Assembly: GCA_043228905.1 (NCBI GenBank)
Contig: JBHGNT010000001.1
Span: 34,720,001-34,784,000 of the forward strand
Reading direction: 5' to 3'
Source of the DNA: Azolla caroliniana
Taxonomy: Eukaryota > Plantae > Polypodiophyta
Length of the DNA: 64,000 bases
Part shown: piece by piece, positions 39,075 through 51,980 of the stretch
Numbering within the stretch: position 1 is the first letter of the stretch
Layout of the letters: each line of letters begins with the position of its first letter
Notes under the pieces: generated by a model
The model's database searches: none
Told to the model about the DNA's origin: nothing
The model's input: the letters and a program-made list of their open reading frames with translations, nothing else
Translations under genes and position numbers: made by a program

Positions 39075-42000
39075 TGTGTGTGTGTGTGTGTGTGAAAGAG
39101 AGACTTGACAATGGCCTTAGAGAGAATGTGTGTGTGTGTGTGTGTGTGTGTGTTAGAGATAGATAGATAGATTCTATTATCGTGATTCTCCCTATGCTCG
39201 ATTAGCTCCTCTCTGTTTCAACCAGAAAAGAACAAAGGATAGATAGATATGTTTTTAACGTCCACAAGAGACCGTTCGCAATCTATGGAAGAGGCCTAAC
39301 CCATGGCTACAATGTCAACCACCAAGCAAACATGAGTGTGTGTGCGTGCATCCAAGCTCAACCAACACAACGAACACCTAGGCCTTTCACTCATCTTGCA
39401 AACCTCTTCTATCTACTCAACTTGCTTATGAAGCCAGCGACATCATGACATGAAGAAGATGAAGAGCATTGAAAGTTCGATCAAGATCATATAGAAAGTA
39501 TGGCCACTTCCTCCAACTCGGTCCTCTAGATTTCACCTTCCAAAGGTTCAAAATTTCCACGTATTATTCAAAACGGGAATGAGTTTTGTGTCTATCAATG
39601 GGCATGTGTCTCTTTTGGTTTTCTTTTGTCCATCCAACTTAAAGTCATCCCCTTCTTTGGTTTCATAAGTGTGGGCGGCACTAATCCACGTCTTTGAAGT
39701 CCCATTGGAGACCAAACATTTTACCTCTTGGAATTGAAATGTCAATGGTATGATCCCCGTTCTCTCCTGCAAACCTCACATTGCCTACTCTTAGTTGTCG
39801 CTTTCTCTCATCAACGAGTTTCGTTTATCTATGTAGTTGACAAGAAAACATGCATATGTCAATTGGTTGCACATAATATACATGTAAGTTGTGTATCCGC
39901 GTATTCAAGGGTAATGATGAAACCATCAAGACATCGAGGCTTTTATAATATGCGAACACGTTCATTTGGTACGGAGCTTTGCTCTCACTATACCAACTTT
40001 TATTAGTTGATTCACTTCTGATCAGCGAAGCTAAAAGTGCAATCGAAGCAAGGTAGTTTGTTCATATGCAGACCATGCGAAGCCTAAGTAAAGATTTCAA
40101 CATAATAATATTATTTTTGGTCGGCTCTTGCCAAATACAACGAGGAACCAAGAGCAAAGCCATACAAACTTATTTTAATAGAGGTTGCACAATCTTTATG
40201 TGAAAGTTATTGCTCAAAATATATCTTCAACCACCGTGCCTGTGCACCCTAATTGTTCTTTCATGATCTCTTGTGGAGTTCATGGCTTTGCTCGTATCAT
40301 ACATGATATCAGCATCAGCATGGGGAGCAACGTTAACATGTGGGCTCCCATCCATCATAATACAATTTGATAGAGAGTGGATGAGAATGCCTTGAGATGG
40401 TGTGTATATGATGGAGTCTCCTTTACCTTTATGCCTTTTTGCTGGCATCATATGTGATGCTAATTTTTTCTTTGCTCTTTGTATAATTGTTTTTTTAAAG
40501 GGTTTGTTTTTTGATCGCATCACCACCCTTTATTTGTCGATGTTATTTTCTCTTTTCTTTTTGGTTGTCCCCCCTCACATGCACTTTCCCATAAAAATGT
40601 ACCCATGCATACCCATACTGCAACACTTCCCTGGAGTCCCATCTCTATGCTTTTCGTACATCGTCCTCTAATCTATGACGAGTGCAACCTCTCCTCTTGA
40701 ATAGCGAGTTGGGTGATGCTTTCGTTGTGATATTAATTTCATATGGTGATGGGCTTAAGGACTTGTTGATCCCACCATTTGCAATCTCATATAATTTGAT
40801 GTTCAAATTTTAACATGGCGAAACAAAGGGTCGAATGTTCCACAAGTAGAAATTGCTAACTATTCAAAATTCATCAAAATATACAAAAATTTAAAGCATG
40901 TGCTAGTGGTATTAACCAAAAATATGCGAAATATATTTAAAATTTTGAAAGGCTAATAATGTGATATTTCTTAGCTTATATGGCTTTGATATAATATATA
41001 TAATTGGGATGTCATCACCACTTAGAAGTGGTAACCATGATGCATTTGCTTTCTTTAGTATTCATTTGATTATGACTCTCAATCAAAGACTTCGTATAAA
41101 TGCATATTTTACTCTATAGCATGCTATATCTTATGTATTTACATATTTATTTTTCGTCGACTTAAAATTGTTTGTGCAATGTAATCCCTCCTTCTCTATC
41201 TCCCTCTTATATAATATGTATATGTATATGTTTGTGTGTGTGTGTGTGTGTTACAAGTTACGAGGAGTAATTTGTAAGAAAACCTTCTCTAATTTTCTCA
41301 TGGAATGGTTATAGAACAACTTGAAATTCCTTGATCTTTACTAGCATAAACATTTTCTTCTCAATATAAAATTTTCAGCGGATTATATGTGAAACTCATC
41401 ACATATTGAGTTTGTGCAAGCCATTTGTAGTTCATCCATCAATTCAATGTGTCATCTTCTCTCTTTCATATGCATAAGCCAATCATTTGGAAAAGAAAAG
41501 GAATTATCTACAAATTACATTTGAATCTAATACCCATTACTTTGATTGACCCAAAAGTACAATCTTCTCTATAAAAATTGAAGAGCTCTCAATTTTAGAT
41601 TTGAGAGAATAATACTAAGTAGGTGTGGTGTGCAAAATTTAAAGATTGACAAATTCAAAAAGGGTTTTGGCAAAAGATTTAACATAGAGTTCACAAATTG
41701 GTATTAGATTTTCACTTTGCCTAAGTTGGTACCATGGTCATTCACCTTAATAAAAGTGAGCACGGAAGGAGTATAGCATGCTCCATATTTCTTTTGAAAT
41801 AAATACATTCAATTATTGTTGTGATTTATTGGAGCTCAAGCCTCTCTTTTTTTCCTTTCCAAACCATTGATCGTTAATGATGAGCATGCCTCTCCTCATA
41901 TTCCACATCTTTTATATGCATTCAAGGAAATGTAAATATAACAGGTATTTTTTGTTTTTACTACCACAATGTGAAATCAAATAATCTTGTAACAGTAAAA

Positions 42001-42419
42001 GAATATATACAAAAAAGATGCATAGACTTAATTTTAAAAGTGAAAAAATGAATATACGTGATAGATGCAAGTGAGCTGATGATATTCTACATTGCGAAGG
42101 ATGTGAGTATAAGTACAAATAATGATACAACATAGAGATTGGACCGCATGGGAGGGGGAGGGGGGGTGTGGGGTGGCTGGCTCACTTTGAGGCAAAGGAA
42201 GACCAAATTAACTTTGTATCTAATTGAATACCCAATGTGCTTCAAATGGATCTGGAGTGTGAAAGGCATTGCATTGTATAAATTCACATAAATAAAAAGC
42301 GAACAAAGGACATAAATTGAAAATTTGTTGATGCGTATTACAAATGATATAAAGGCACATATTGATAGGTAGATAAATAGATAGATAGATTTAATGGGGG
42401 GAGAGAGAGAGATTTTGTT

Positions 42420-42900
42420 ATTGCTCTTGGAGGTTAAATATGACCTATGGAACCAAAAGTAAATTAATTCCACAATAGTATGTGGAGTTTAGTTGTGAGC
42501 TTTGTAATTGAGAGTGAAATTGGGACAATGCTTTGGATTGGGTTGGCAATGCGTAGAAAGCATACTCGAATGTGATCAACAACGACACAATGTGTCAAAG
42601 TGTGGTACTCAAAGCGTACATGGTTGACGAGTCTCCTCACATGTTTCCCAACACTCGATCTCACATAAAAGAGAATAGCAACTATTTTTTATGAAAGCAA
42701 TGGTGCGGATTATGGACAAAGGGATGTGCTCTAGCATGCATGTATCAATGAGTGAGTACAATTTTCCTATTTTGTGCAACGTATGTAGTAATACAATGTG
42801 TGAAACATGAGCCTCCCATCTTTCCAAAGTTATAAATTGGCATTGCAAAAAAACTTCAACCATCAAGGAACCTATCGACACATAATGAAGCAAGTGTGAT
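42420..42900 (-). mobile_element. Further copy of the microsatellite-tailed dispersed repeat
   Basis: tcttggaggttaaatatgacctatgg...tgtgaaacatgagcctccca aligns with 5907-6450. It is preceded by (GATA)n/(GA)n at 42364-42412. Confidence 0.7.
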
Positions 42901-43289
42901 ATTTTTCCTTCCAAAAATTTAGCACCATAGGGAAGCTTTATTGTTAACAAAGTGTTAAGTTAACAAGTATGTGTTGAGAGTGCAAGTATTCATGTTAAAC
43001 AAGTATGTCTTGACAGCACAAGTACCTTGCATATTTCCTCAAATGCACAGGAAGCCCTCTTTCATGATTCCAAATAATGAGTAGTATATTCATTTGATCT
43101 ACGTCATGATAGAAACCTCGGTCCTCGACCTAGAGAAAGGGGGGGCGGCGAGAGGCTCTCAAGTAAAGTTTGATATTTTCTACTCTCTTTATTCTTTGAT
43201 CCCTTAGTCTTCCATAGTTGTAGGTTTACTAGCATTGAGGTGGAAGCTAATTGTAGTCCATGATCTCAAACACTTTGCAGATAACAATG

Positions 43290-43930
43290 CATACTTGCTT
43301 GAAGATACCAATCTCACCATGTCGCTTTGACATACATCTAGCCTTAGATAAGAGTGCAACAATCTTGACTCTTAATTTTGTCAACTTAAGCTCGAATCTC
43401 ATTCTTTTCTTGATTTAATCTAGATTGATTCCAATGTTGCTTGTGAAGACAAAATCATCCACAGACAAAACAAGGATCGCTACTTTCTAATATTTTATTT
43501 CAACACAAAGTGTGGAATTCATTGTACACCTCCTAAAGTATTCATCATGAGGAGACTGACAATTCTAAATTTGGTACATCAAAACTTGGTGATTGTACGA
43601 ATAAAACCCCCTCGAGATAGTCATTTAGAAAAGCAAACATGACATCCATCCAATATGTTGACTAGTTTTGTTGTACAACCCTAGCTGAAGTTGTTTTGAT
43701 CATCCCAAGCCTTGCAGTTGAAACAAACAGTCCTCAAAATCTTCTCCCTTCTTTTGCACATACACCTCCACGATGAGTCCTACTTTGCATTTATACACAA
43801 ATCCATTACCTTTGTTCTTTGTTTTCTAGGCTTCTCTATCCATTAAGTCCCTAGTCTAGCAATGAGATATACTCTCCACCCTCAAAGTTCATAACTACTT
43901 TCCACCTCGAATCCTACATTGCCTTCTCCA
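43290..43930 (-). mobile_element. Decayed Ty1/Copia reverse transcriptase remnant
   Basis: Minus-strand translation gives YKCKVGLIVEVYVQK (like KYKARLVAKGY.Q), MDVMFAFLN (like MDVKSAFLN) and ILVLSVDDF (like YVDD), with stops and frameshifts. Confidence 0.7.
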
Positions 43931-45239
43931 TAGAGCTCGTCTTCTTGATCTCTTCAAAGATCACCTTCATACTTCTAGGACGTTGATAATATGATCCATA
44001 ATACATTTTCATGGTGCCTACTCTATTCTCCGCAACCCCCACAAATCATCCATAAAATTCTTTACTTATCAGGATTCTTGGAGTTCGTCTTCCTACTAAG
44101 GAAGTGGTATTCCTTCTTGGGTTTAATCATGTTGTTGAAGGCTTGTTGTGTCCTCAACTTCATCTTCTTCTATGAATCTCTCTTTCTCTTCTTGTCCTCT
44201 TTTTACCAATAAGTGGGGCACTTTTCTTTTGATGTCTTCAACAATATGAGTTATGTCCTGACCTTCTTGAATTCCACATCCCAACCAATCATCGACTTGC
44301 TTATGGTTGTTGGTTGTTCGACAAGGGACATCTAAAGGAGTTGGTTGTAGGTTGTAGGCCAAAAACAAGTCAAGTGTGGATGGTGTTTTCAGAAAGAAAT
44401 GTTTCCAATGGAGGTGGCCAACAACCACTTAAGCTATATAAACCATATATTTTGAAGGCATGATATGTAAGAACAAGAATATAGTGAAACTCTAGTACTT
44501 TTATTATGTGCATGGAATATCCATATTCTATTGTTATATCCATCTTCTCTTGGTTAGTGTTAACCTCCTCTACACAATCCGTGTTGTATTTATCTAGATT
44601 AAGGTAGAAGTACCTTGTCATGGGCCCAATGTAACGTTGTACCTTATATGCTCATGTTTCAACCATTGCAATAGAAAACCCAACTTAAATAAATTTATTG
44701 TTGTATTGGTTTAATCATCAATAAAGTCTATGCAAAAATAACCTTAGGATAGTCTAAGAATGGGTTGTAGATTGGAGTGTGATGCGAAATGGTAATTTGG
44801 AGTGTGATGGGAAATGGTTGTTGGAGAAGTTGCAAAATATCAAAAATCACGACAATGACAACACAAGCTAAACATCAACAATTGGCAACCAAAACAAGAC
44901 CCCTCCCGGTCTAATAGCCAAAGGTTGTTTGTGTCTTCCAACAACACAATAATGTCACCCTCTTGACCTCATGTTACTACACTACCACTTGATGAAGGTA
45001 CTACACTAACTAGTAATGTAACTTTATGATCATCGCCCACATTATGAGAGTCATTCATAGGCAACTCAAAAATGGTGTAGAATTTTCAAAAAATTTAGAA
45101 ACTTCATGAATAGTTATGATGAGTCCCGAGAATGTGAGTCTTGCAACAATAAATGCCACTACAAGTACCGGATCAAGAAATGACATCACAAAGAGTCATC
45201 TAGGCAAGCCAACTAGCATCGACAACACAACTTCCATGC

Positions 45240-46308
45240 ACAACCGTTGGTGCCCTCTTGACTTCATTGGCACATTTAAACCATTTTGCATCCCAAATGG
45301 TCAATAAAATATGTTATCATAGCTACATATTATTGCCTGATGTGGATGGAAACCATGTTGGCCCATTTTCTATATGAGAACATTGTATTGGTCACTAACC
45401 AAGGAGGTACTCATAACAATTACTAAGAAATAAGCATTGCTACACAAAGAAGAGTGGGACCTACTACCCATAAAAAAATGACATAATGTTTGAATCCACC
45501 AACAAAAGAAGTCTCTTCCAACAATCGAAAAGTAGAGCAAACTAAGCCAAAGAGCAAATAATGAAGGACGTAATCAACCTCATGGAGCCAACATGGCATG
45601 GAAAGGAATCAAGGCCTACCGTTACGGGCATGACCATAAATTATCCCGCGGTAGATTGTAGAGAAAACCAAGGCAAAGAGCAAATAATGAAGGACTTAAT
45701 CAACCTCATGGAGCCAACCATGGCATGGAAAGGAATCGAGGCCTACCATTATGGACATGACCATAAATTATCCCGTGGTAAGATTGTAGAGCAAACTAAG
45801 GCAAAGAGCAAAAAATGAAGGACTTAATCACGGTTACAGGCATGACCATAAATTATCTCGTGGTAAGATTGTATTGCAGTATTCTATACACATAGATAAA
45901 GTGTGAGGGTGGGCAACGTCCGATGGGTACACGAAAGTGACGAATGTAAAGAAGGTAGGATTACTTTTAATCCTAGGAATTGAGACAACCCATAAGGGCC
46001 AAGTGTAAACTTGCTTGGGGTCATTAGGTCTGGCCATAAATATGAGGCCTAACTACCCTCATTTGAGAGATTGTTGACTACATCGAGACTCTGATTTTGT
46101 GGTGATTAATTCTTGTAGCGAGCGTGCCAACACTAGGTACAACTCGATGCCACGACGGTGGTATGGGACGTCGATCGAGGCTCGAGTCCATCTTGATCCC
46201 TTCGTTCGAGGGTGGTTGGGTGGATCGACACCCTTCTTTCTCTCTCTTCTCTTTATAACTATCTTATATTTCCTTATCATATGGTTACGTTAGGACTAAG
46301 CTCTAACA
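45240..46308 (+). mobile_element. Decayed Ty3/Gypsy 3' portion: integrase fragment, ~127-bp tandem repeats and an LTR-like end
   Basis: RW.LDFIG.FKP...NGQ/YVIIATYY...W.E resembles the Gypsy integrase core. Repeat units start at ~45532, 45658 and 45787. A tataaat box and a ...ctctaaca end at 46308 follow. Confidence 0.55.
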
Positions 46309-46734
46309 CCTACAACCATCCACTTACACTTAGAACCAACAATATTGTAACAAACACCATCATTGAAGGGGGTACTGTATGAAAGGAGATTTAGTTCAAC
46401 CAACCTTGGTCTCTTATAAACTCATTGCCACCTAGAAATCACCTAGGTAACCGAAACACGAAAAAACATCACCCCGCAAGTGTGCAAAGGGTTAGTAGGG
46501 GTAGCTAGTGTGGTGTTGCAGGAACAACACAAACACTCATTGTTGTAGTTACTAAGAAAATGACAAGCATAAAGACCCTTTGGGACGTAGTCCATGTGCT
46601 ACAAGAGGCGGTTGGTCGAGCAAATGCAGATTTGGCTGATGCTCAAAAGTCGATGATGGCAAATTAAGGTAGTCCACTTTGGAGAGCAAAACTTACATGT
46701 ACTTTTTGGAGTCATTTCATCAATGGAGGCCTAT

Positions 46735-49075
46735 TTCATTGATGGGAGGGTTATACAAAGTGTTTACAAAGATACTATCCAACTAACTTGAGAAGTTCTT
46801 ACCTCAACTTATTCATCCATCTCAATATGGTTTTATTACAAGTAGAAATATATTGCATAATGTTTTGAATGTTCAAATGGCTACCGATTATGCTCGCCAT
46901 ACATATCAAGAAATGGTTATGGTGCAATTAGATTTGGAAAAAGCATATGATCATGTTAATTGGTCATTCCTCTCAGGTGTGATGTATAATATGGGGTTTG
47001 GTCCTCGTATGTGTCGACTTATCTTTTTGTTAGGGCAAAATGCAACCTCGCGTGTGATGCTTAATGGCAGAGTTACTCTGAAAGTGTTTCTTACTAGATC
47101 CGTGCGGCAAGGATGTCCACTAAGCCCATTGTTATTTGGTATTGTTACACATCATTTGTTAGTAATATTGTCAAATCTTGCAGCTAATGGTGATATTGTG
47201 GGTTTGCAACTTCCTTCTGGTGGACAATTTGTGGTACAAGCATTGGTTGATGATTCTTTTATGTTTTTACAAGCCTCAAAAGAAAATCTTGAAAGGAGTA
47301 GCAAGTTTGGGATCAATTTGCTTTGGCTTCAAGGTTGTATATAAATTGGAGGAAGTCTCACCTTATTTCTTGTACGGAGAGTGATTTGGAAAGTTTGGAA
47401 TGACGAGAATCAGTGATTACACGAGGATCAATTTATTGAAATTTGGGTTATCCATTGCCAGGTGTTAATGTTACAAATGTTCAATAGATTGATTGGATTG
47501 GTAGTAAATTCAAGGACAAATTTATGTATTGGAAGTCTCAATTATGGCCCTTTCATGTACGACTCAAAGTGGTGCAATGTATCTTGATACCCATGTTATT
47601 TATTATATTTTTTGCTTTTACTACCTTGGACTAAGAAGGCATTATAAAACATTTTACAACCTATTCGATTCATGTTGTGGCGGAAGGGAGAAATGATGGG
47701 AGTTGCATGGATTTCATGGGCCCATTTGGCTACTCCTAAAAGGTTACTAGGTGGTGCAACAATATTGGATTTGGAAAGGTATTTGATGGTTCGTAGATTT
47801 GCATTATTACGAGATATATGTCAACAAGATTAACCATGCATATCTATGATGCAATATTTTATTGAGCATGAAGGATTGGTGCATGAGAAAACAAAGATTC
47901 AAGCATCTTGGTGGTCATTACTCAATGGAAGTATTCCTCTAAATATTTGACATTCTATATGTGTACAACATTTGGTAAGATCGTGGCAAGATGCATTATC
48001 TCTTTTTGAATGGGGACCATCAAGTGATCGAGAATATTGTAATTCATTACAAAATGAATTGCTTGTTTCTTCTCGAGTGTTGTTTTGGCATGGGAAAGAG
48101 AAGTTGAGATCTCAATTCAATCGTTTATTTCGATTGGGGATTGTACATTTGGAAGATGTGGTTGATAATGAATCTCAAAGGTTGTCGGATTTTGAAGATG
48201 CCAAGTGATGGTTATGTATTCCCCCAAATTATGGATTTATTTGAGAGAAATTACAAGATATACCATTGTTGCAAGGATCTTTGTCATTGAAAACAAATTC
48301 TGCACCTTGGGTGGATTGGCGGTTACAAGATGGTACACGCTTGTTACAGGTCACTACAAATATATTGTATCATCATGTGATGGCATCATTATCTTGGCTA
48401 TCTCCTAAAGTAGCGAAGTTGTGGAATGTATGTAAGTCAGATGCAAGGTAGTGGAAAATATTACAATGTAGTTGGCATTCCCATCTACCATTTCGTGCAA
48501 AGGTATTCATATGGAGAGTCATGATTGGTGAGCTCCCATTAGGTTCGGCCTTAAAGAGACGAGGACTAGGGTCCGTCACTTGTTTCTTTTGCACCATTCC
48601 ATTGGAGGATAGTACACATAGGTTCATTAAATGTCCTATAGTGTGTACCATTTGGAAGTACTTATAGGCCATTTGGCAAGTTTTAACCCGTTGTTGTTTG
48701 AGACCTCAACAATGGGTTTTATCTCAATATGTTCAAAATGGTTCAAATGATGAGATGGAGATATTGTTCCAATTTTTACGTTATTGGGGTCGACAACACA
48801 ATTGGAATATGCGTAATGCTTTCATGTTTGATAATAGATATGGGGTGAAAACCTATATAAAGAAGCTTAAAGGTATTCTCATGTGGAATTTTTGGATATT
48901 AGAGCATGTGGGATCAGTTCCTCAAATGCATATTTAGGTTTTTTAATAGCATTACAGAACGTCCCTCTCCCTACATAGGCATGTGATAGGTAGAGGAGAC
49001 TAAGAAGTGTAGTAACTAAGTGGATTTTACATACAATTAATATAATTGTGTGCTTTTACCAAAAAATAAATAAAT
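46735..49075 (+). mobile_element. 5'-truncated LINE (L1/Tx1-like) ORF2: RT and zf-RVT, pseudogenised
   Basis: QYGFI..RNI.HNVL, LDLEKAYDHVNW, SVRQGCPLSPLLF, QALVDDS, LGYP, KVFIWR...GELPLG and C..C....ED..HRFI.CP, with many stops. Ends ttttacc-aaaaaataaataaat and then a GA-rich tract. Confidence 0.92.
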
Positions 49076-49129
49076 AGAGACAGAGACAAAGACAGAGAGA
49101 GAGAGTGAGTGAGTGACTATGTGTGTGTC

Positions 49130-51564
49130 TGTGATGTTTAATGGAGGAGTAACAAAACCGATTTCTATTCGGATATTAGTTAGAGAAGGATGCCCGGTAA
49201 GTACTATTCACTATTGTGACACATCTTATTCTTGTTAAGTTACACAATATGGCTATGGAGGAAGAATTGATTGGACTAAGGCTGCCGTCAACGAAGCCAT
49301 GTATTGTTCAAGCTCTCACAGATGACCATATTATGTTTTTGGCACCTAATCAAGAAAATATTATAAGGCAAGAGATGTGTGGGAATTGTTTTCAAATGCT
49401 TTAGGGTTGAGAATTAATATGCATAAATCTGTCCTCATTTCATGTACAGAACAAGATGTGTTAGGGTTAGGGTGGTCAGGAAGGATAGTACATCATGCTA
49501 TGATTTGTCGCACCTTGGATATCAAATTGGGGTGGAAGTTTCTCATGTGAAACTTATTGAATGGGTATCCAAAAGGTTGGAGGATAAGTTTATGTATTGG
49601 AGGTCTCAATTTTGACCTTTTCATGTACGACTTAAGGTGGTCCAATCGATTATGGTCTCCATGGTATCTTATTATCTTCCTTTGCTCCCATGGTCAAAGC
49701 AAGATCTTGAAATCTTGTCATGCTCAATGCAAATGTTGTTATGGAAAAGAAAAGGGAAAAGTGCCTTATTGTGGTTGGCATGGGATCATGTTTGTACCCC
49801 GAAGCGTCTTGATGGGGCATCAATATCGAATCTATATGACCATATGGTGGCTCGTCGATTTACTTTCATTCGATTTATGTTTGAAGGTGTACAACTTTGG
49901 ACAGAAATAGTGGCGTACTTTATAAAGAATAACAGAATTAAGGTTGGAAACATGTAGGTTGAAGCTAATTGCTAGAATGTAATTAATTCTGACTAGGATG
50001 TCAAATGTGCAAGGTCTATGATAGTTAATCATTTGTTGACATCTTGGCAAAGTATGTTGGATTTTGTGGCATAACATCCTCCACAAGAAAGGGGATGTGC
50101 CAATTCATTAGAAATGGAGGTTTTGGCAACATCAAGGTTGTTGAGGTGGGAAGGTAAACAAATTCTTAACCTTCAATTTAATCGGATGCAATGTTGGTGT
50201 CACAGAGAAGATTAACGGTCTTTCAAACAATAAGATCAACATTTTGTATTCCAAAAGGTTATACCTTTATTTGGGATAGGTTGCAAGAAATACTATCTTC
50301 GTATGAACTAATTCCTGATTTAGATGGGCGATCTCAAGAGTTTGATTGGAGGTTTGTTGGAAATAAGAGATTGGCTATGATCTCAACAAATGTTGCTTAT
50401 CACAAGTTGATCGACAAACATAAGTGGTTGGAAGAAAGGGTTATAACGATATGGGGTTTTCATAAGCCCATTACTTGGTGGCTTCATGTGATCAAGGCAT
50501 ATTGGTTTTCTCGATTGATGCTACAAACCAAGGTATTTATTTGGAGAGTTATGGTTGGAGCTTTACTGTTGGGGGATGCAATAAAAAAAAGAAACATGAC
50601 TAAAGCATCATGTTTCTTTTGTTTGGTGGAATTGGAACATAGTAGGCATCGATTTATTTCATGCCCCATGGCAATGATGGTTTGGAGGTGTATCAGTTTA
50701 GTGTGGATGCCTCTAACTGGAGTAAGCCTATCGTCCTTCAGTTGGGTTTTAGCACATATGGAGAATAATGAACTAGTGCCTCATTTTCAAATTATTTTTA
50801 AGTTCTTCAGGTATTGGGGCATATGGCTCAATTGGAATATGCGGAATGCCTTCACTTTTGATTCGCAAGTTGCGGTGAGAAAATATCTTCTAAAGTTAAA
50901 AGGACTTCTTTTGTGGCAATTGACAATGCTAGAGAAGTCACAAAATCTTAACCATGAAGAGAGAGAACTCTACAAGGTCGCATATCATCATATTCGCCAT
51001 TTGAGTTGGTGTAGGGTGGCATTGAGTTTGGAGTCATAGTAGTCTTTAGATCCCTATATACAAGGGTTCTATACTTTGTAGTAAGTGTTAGGAAACAGGT
51101 CCCTCCGGATGGGAAGTGAGAAGAACAGTGCTGATGAGAATCTCGGCCGAGGCCGAAACTGGATGAAGAGTACCCGGTGAGAACCAGATGAAGAGTACCC
51201 GGCTACGGAGGACCCGGTGAGAACCGGATGTGGTGTACCCGGAAAGCGCCGGATGAAGAGTACCCGGTGAGAACCATATGTGGTGTACCCGGCAAGTGCT
51301 GAATGAAGAGTACCCGGTTGCGGAGGACCCGGTGAGAACTGGATGAGGAGTACCTGGCAAGAGCCGGATGGTGAAGGCCTGGTGAGAAGTGCTCACCGGA
51401 TGAAGGGACATATTTGTAAATATGTTTCTGAGAGTCCATCGGGGCTATATTTGTAAATAGCCGAAAAGTCATATTAGTATAAATATGACTTAGGGCAAAC
51501 TTTGTTTTGATGTTGTTGTCATTCTTGTTGGTGCAAGACTAGAGAGCGCGTAACTGTGTACAGA

Positions 51565-51619
<55 letters not shown>

Positions 51620-51939
51620 CGAGGTCGTTGCCTCTGTTGTAACCGCCGCCTGTGGCGAAGATCGTGAGCACGAGGTCGTTGCCTCTATGAGATCACTATT
51701 ATAATCATTGTGATATAGTGATAGTTTGGAGTCTGTGGACTCCCGTGGTTTTTCCCTCTCAGGGTTTTCCACGTTAAACATCCTGTGTACTCTTCTCTCC
51801 TTTGTGTCCTGTGTTTCATTCCCCGTTTTCTGTGTTTAATCTTAGACTCAGTTGTGGCCGAGCGTTGTTCATCGGGAGCGTGTAGTTCCTGTCAGTAAGT
51901 TAGTCATGGTGGTGTTTTTTCTTTCGTAATGAAAGCCAT

Positions 51940-51941
<2 letters not shown>
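49130..51941 (+). mobile_element. Second 5'-truncated LINE (related subfamily), interrupted in its 3' UTR by a solo LTR
   Basis: VREGCP, QALTDDH and a zf-RVT ORF at 50191-51039 (KVFIWR, CFFC...EHSRHRFISCP). It begins in a (TG)n tract. The apparent 3' UTR resumes at 51900 and runs into (AG)n(TG)n at ~51942-52002. Confidence 0.88.
51086..51894 (+). mobile_element. Solo LTR (809 bp)
   Basis: TG...CA termini with an imperfect terminal inverted repeat (tgttaggaa/ttcctgtca) and a perfect 5-bp TSD GTAAG at 51081-51085 and 51895-51899. It contains ~25-bp tandem repeats, a tataaat box and (AG)n. Confidence 0.92.

Positions 51942-51980
<39 letters not shown>

Noticed and set aside
51131-51160. Hammerhead-ribozyme-like core (ctgatgag...ctcggccgag...cgaaac) in the solo LTR, suggestive of a retrozyme
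   Set aside because: I could not find pairing partners for stems I and III around an NUH cleavage triplet, and stem II is irregular. The motif looks like a degenerate unit of the LTR repeat array. An Rfam hammerhead cmsearch would settle it.
51160-51405. CRISPR-like short repeat array
   Set aside because: There are no unique spacers and no cas genes. The array lies inside a TSD-bounded LTR in eukaryotic DNA.
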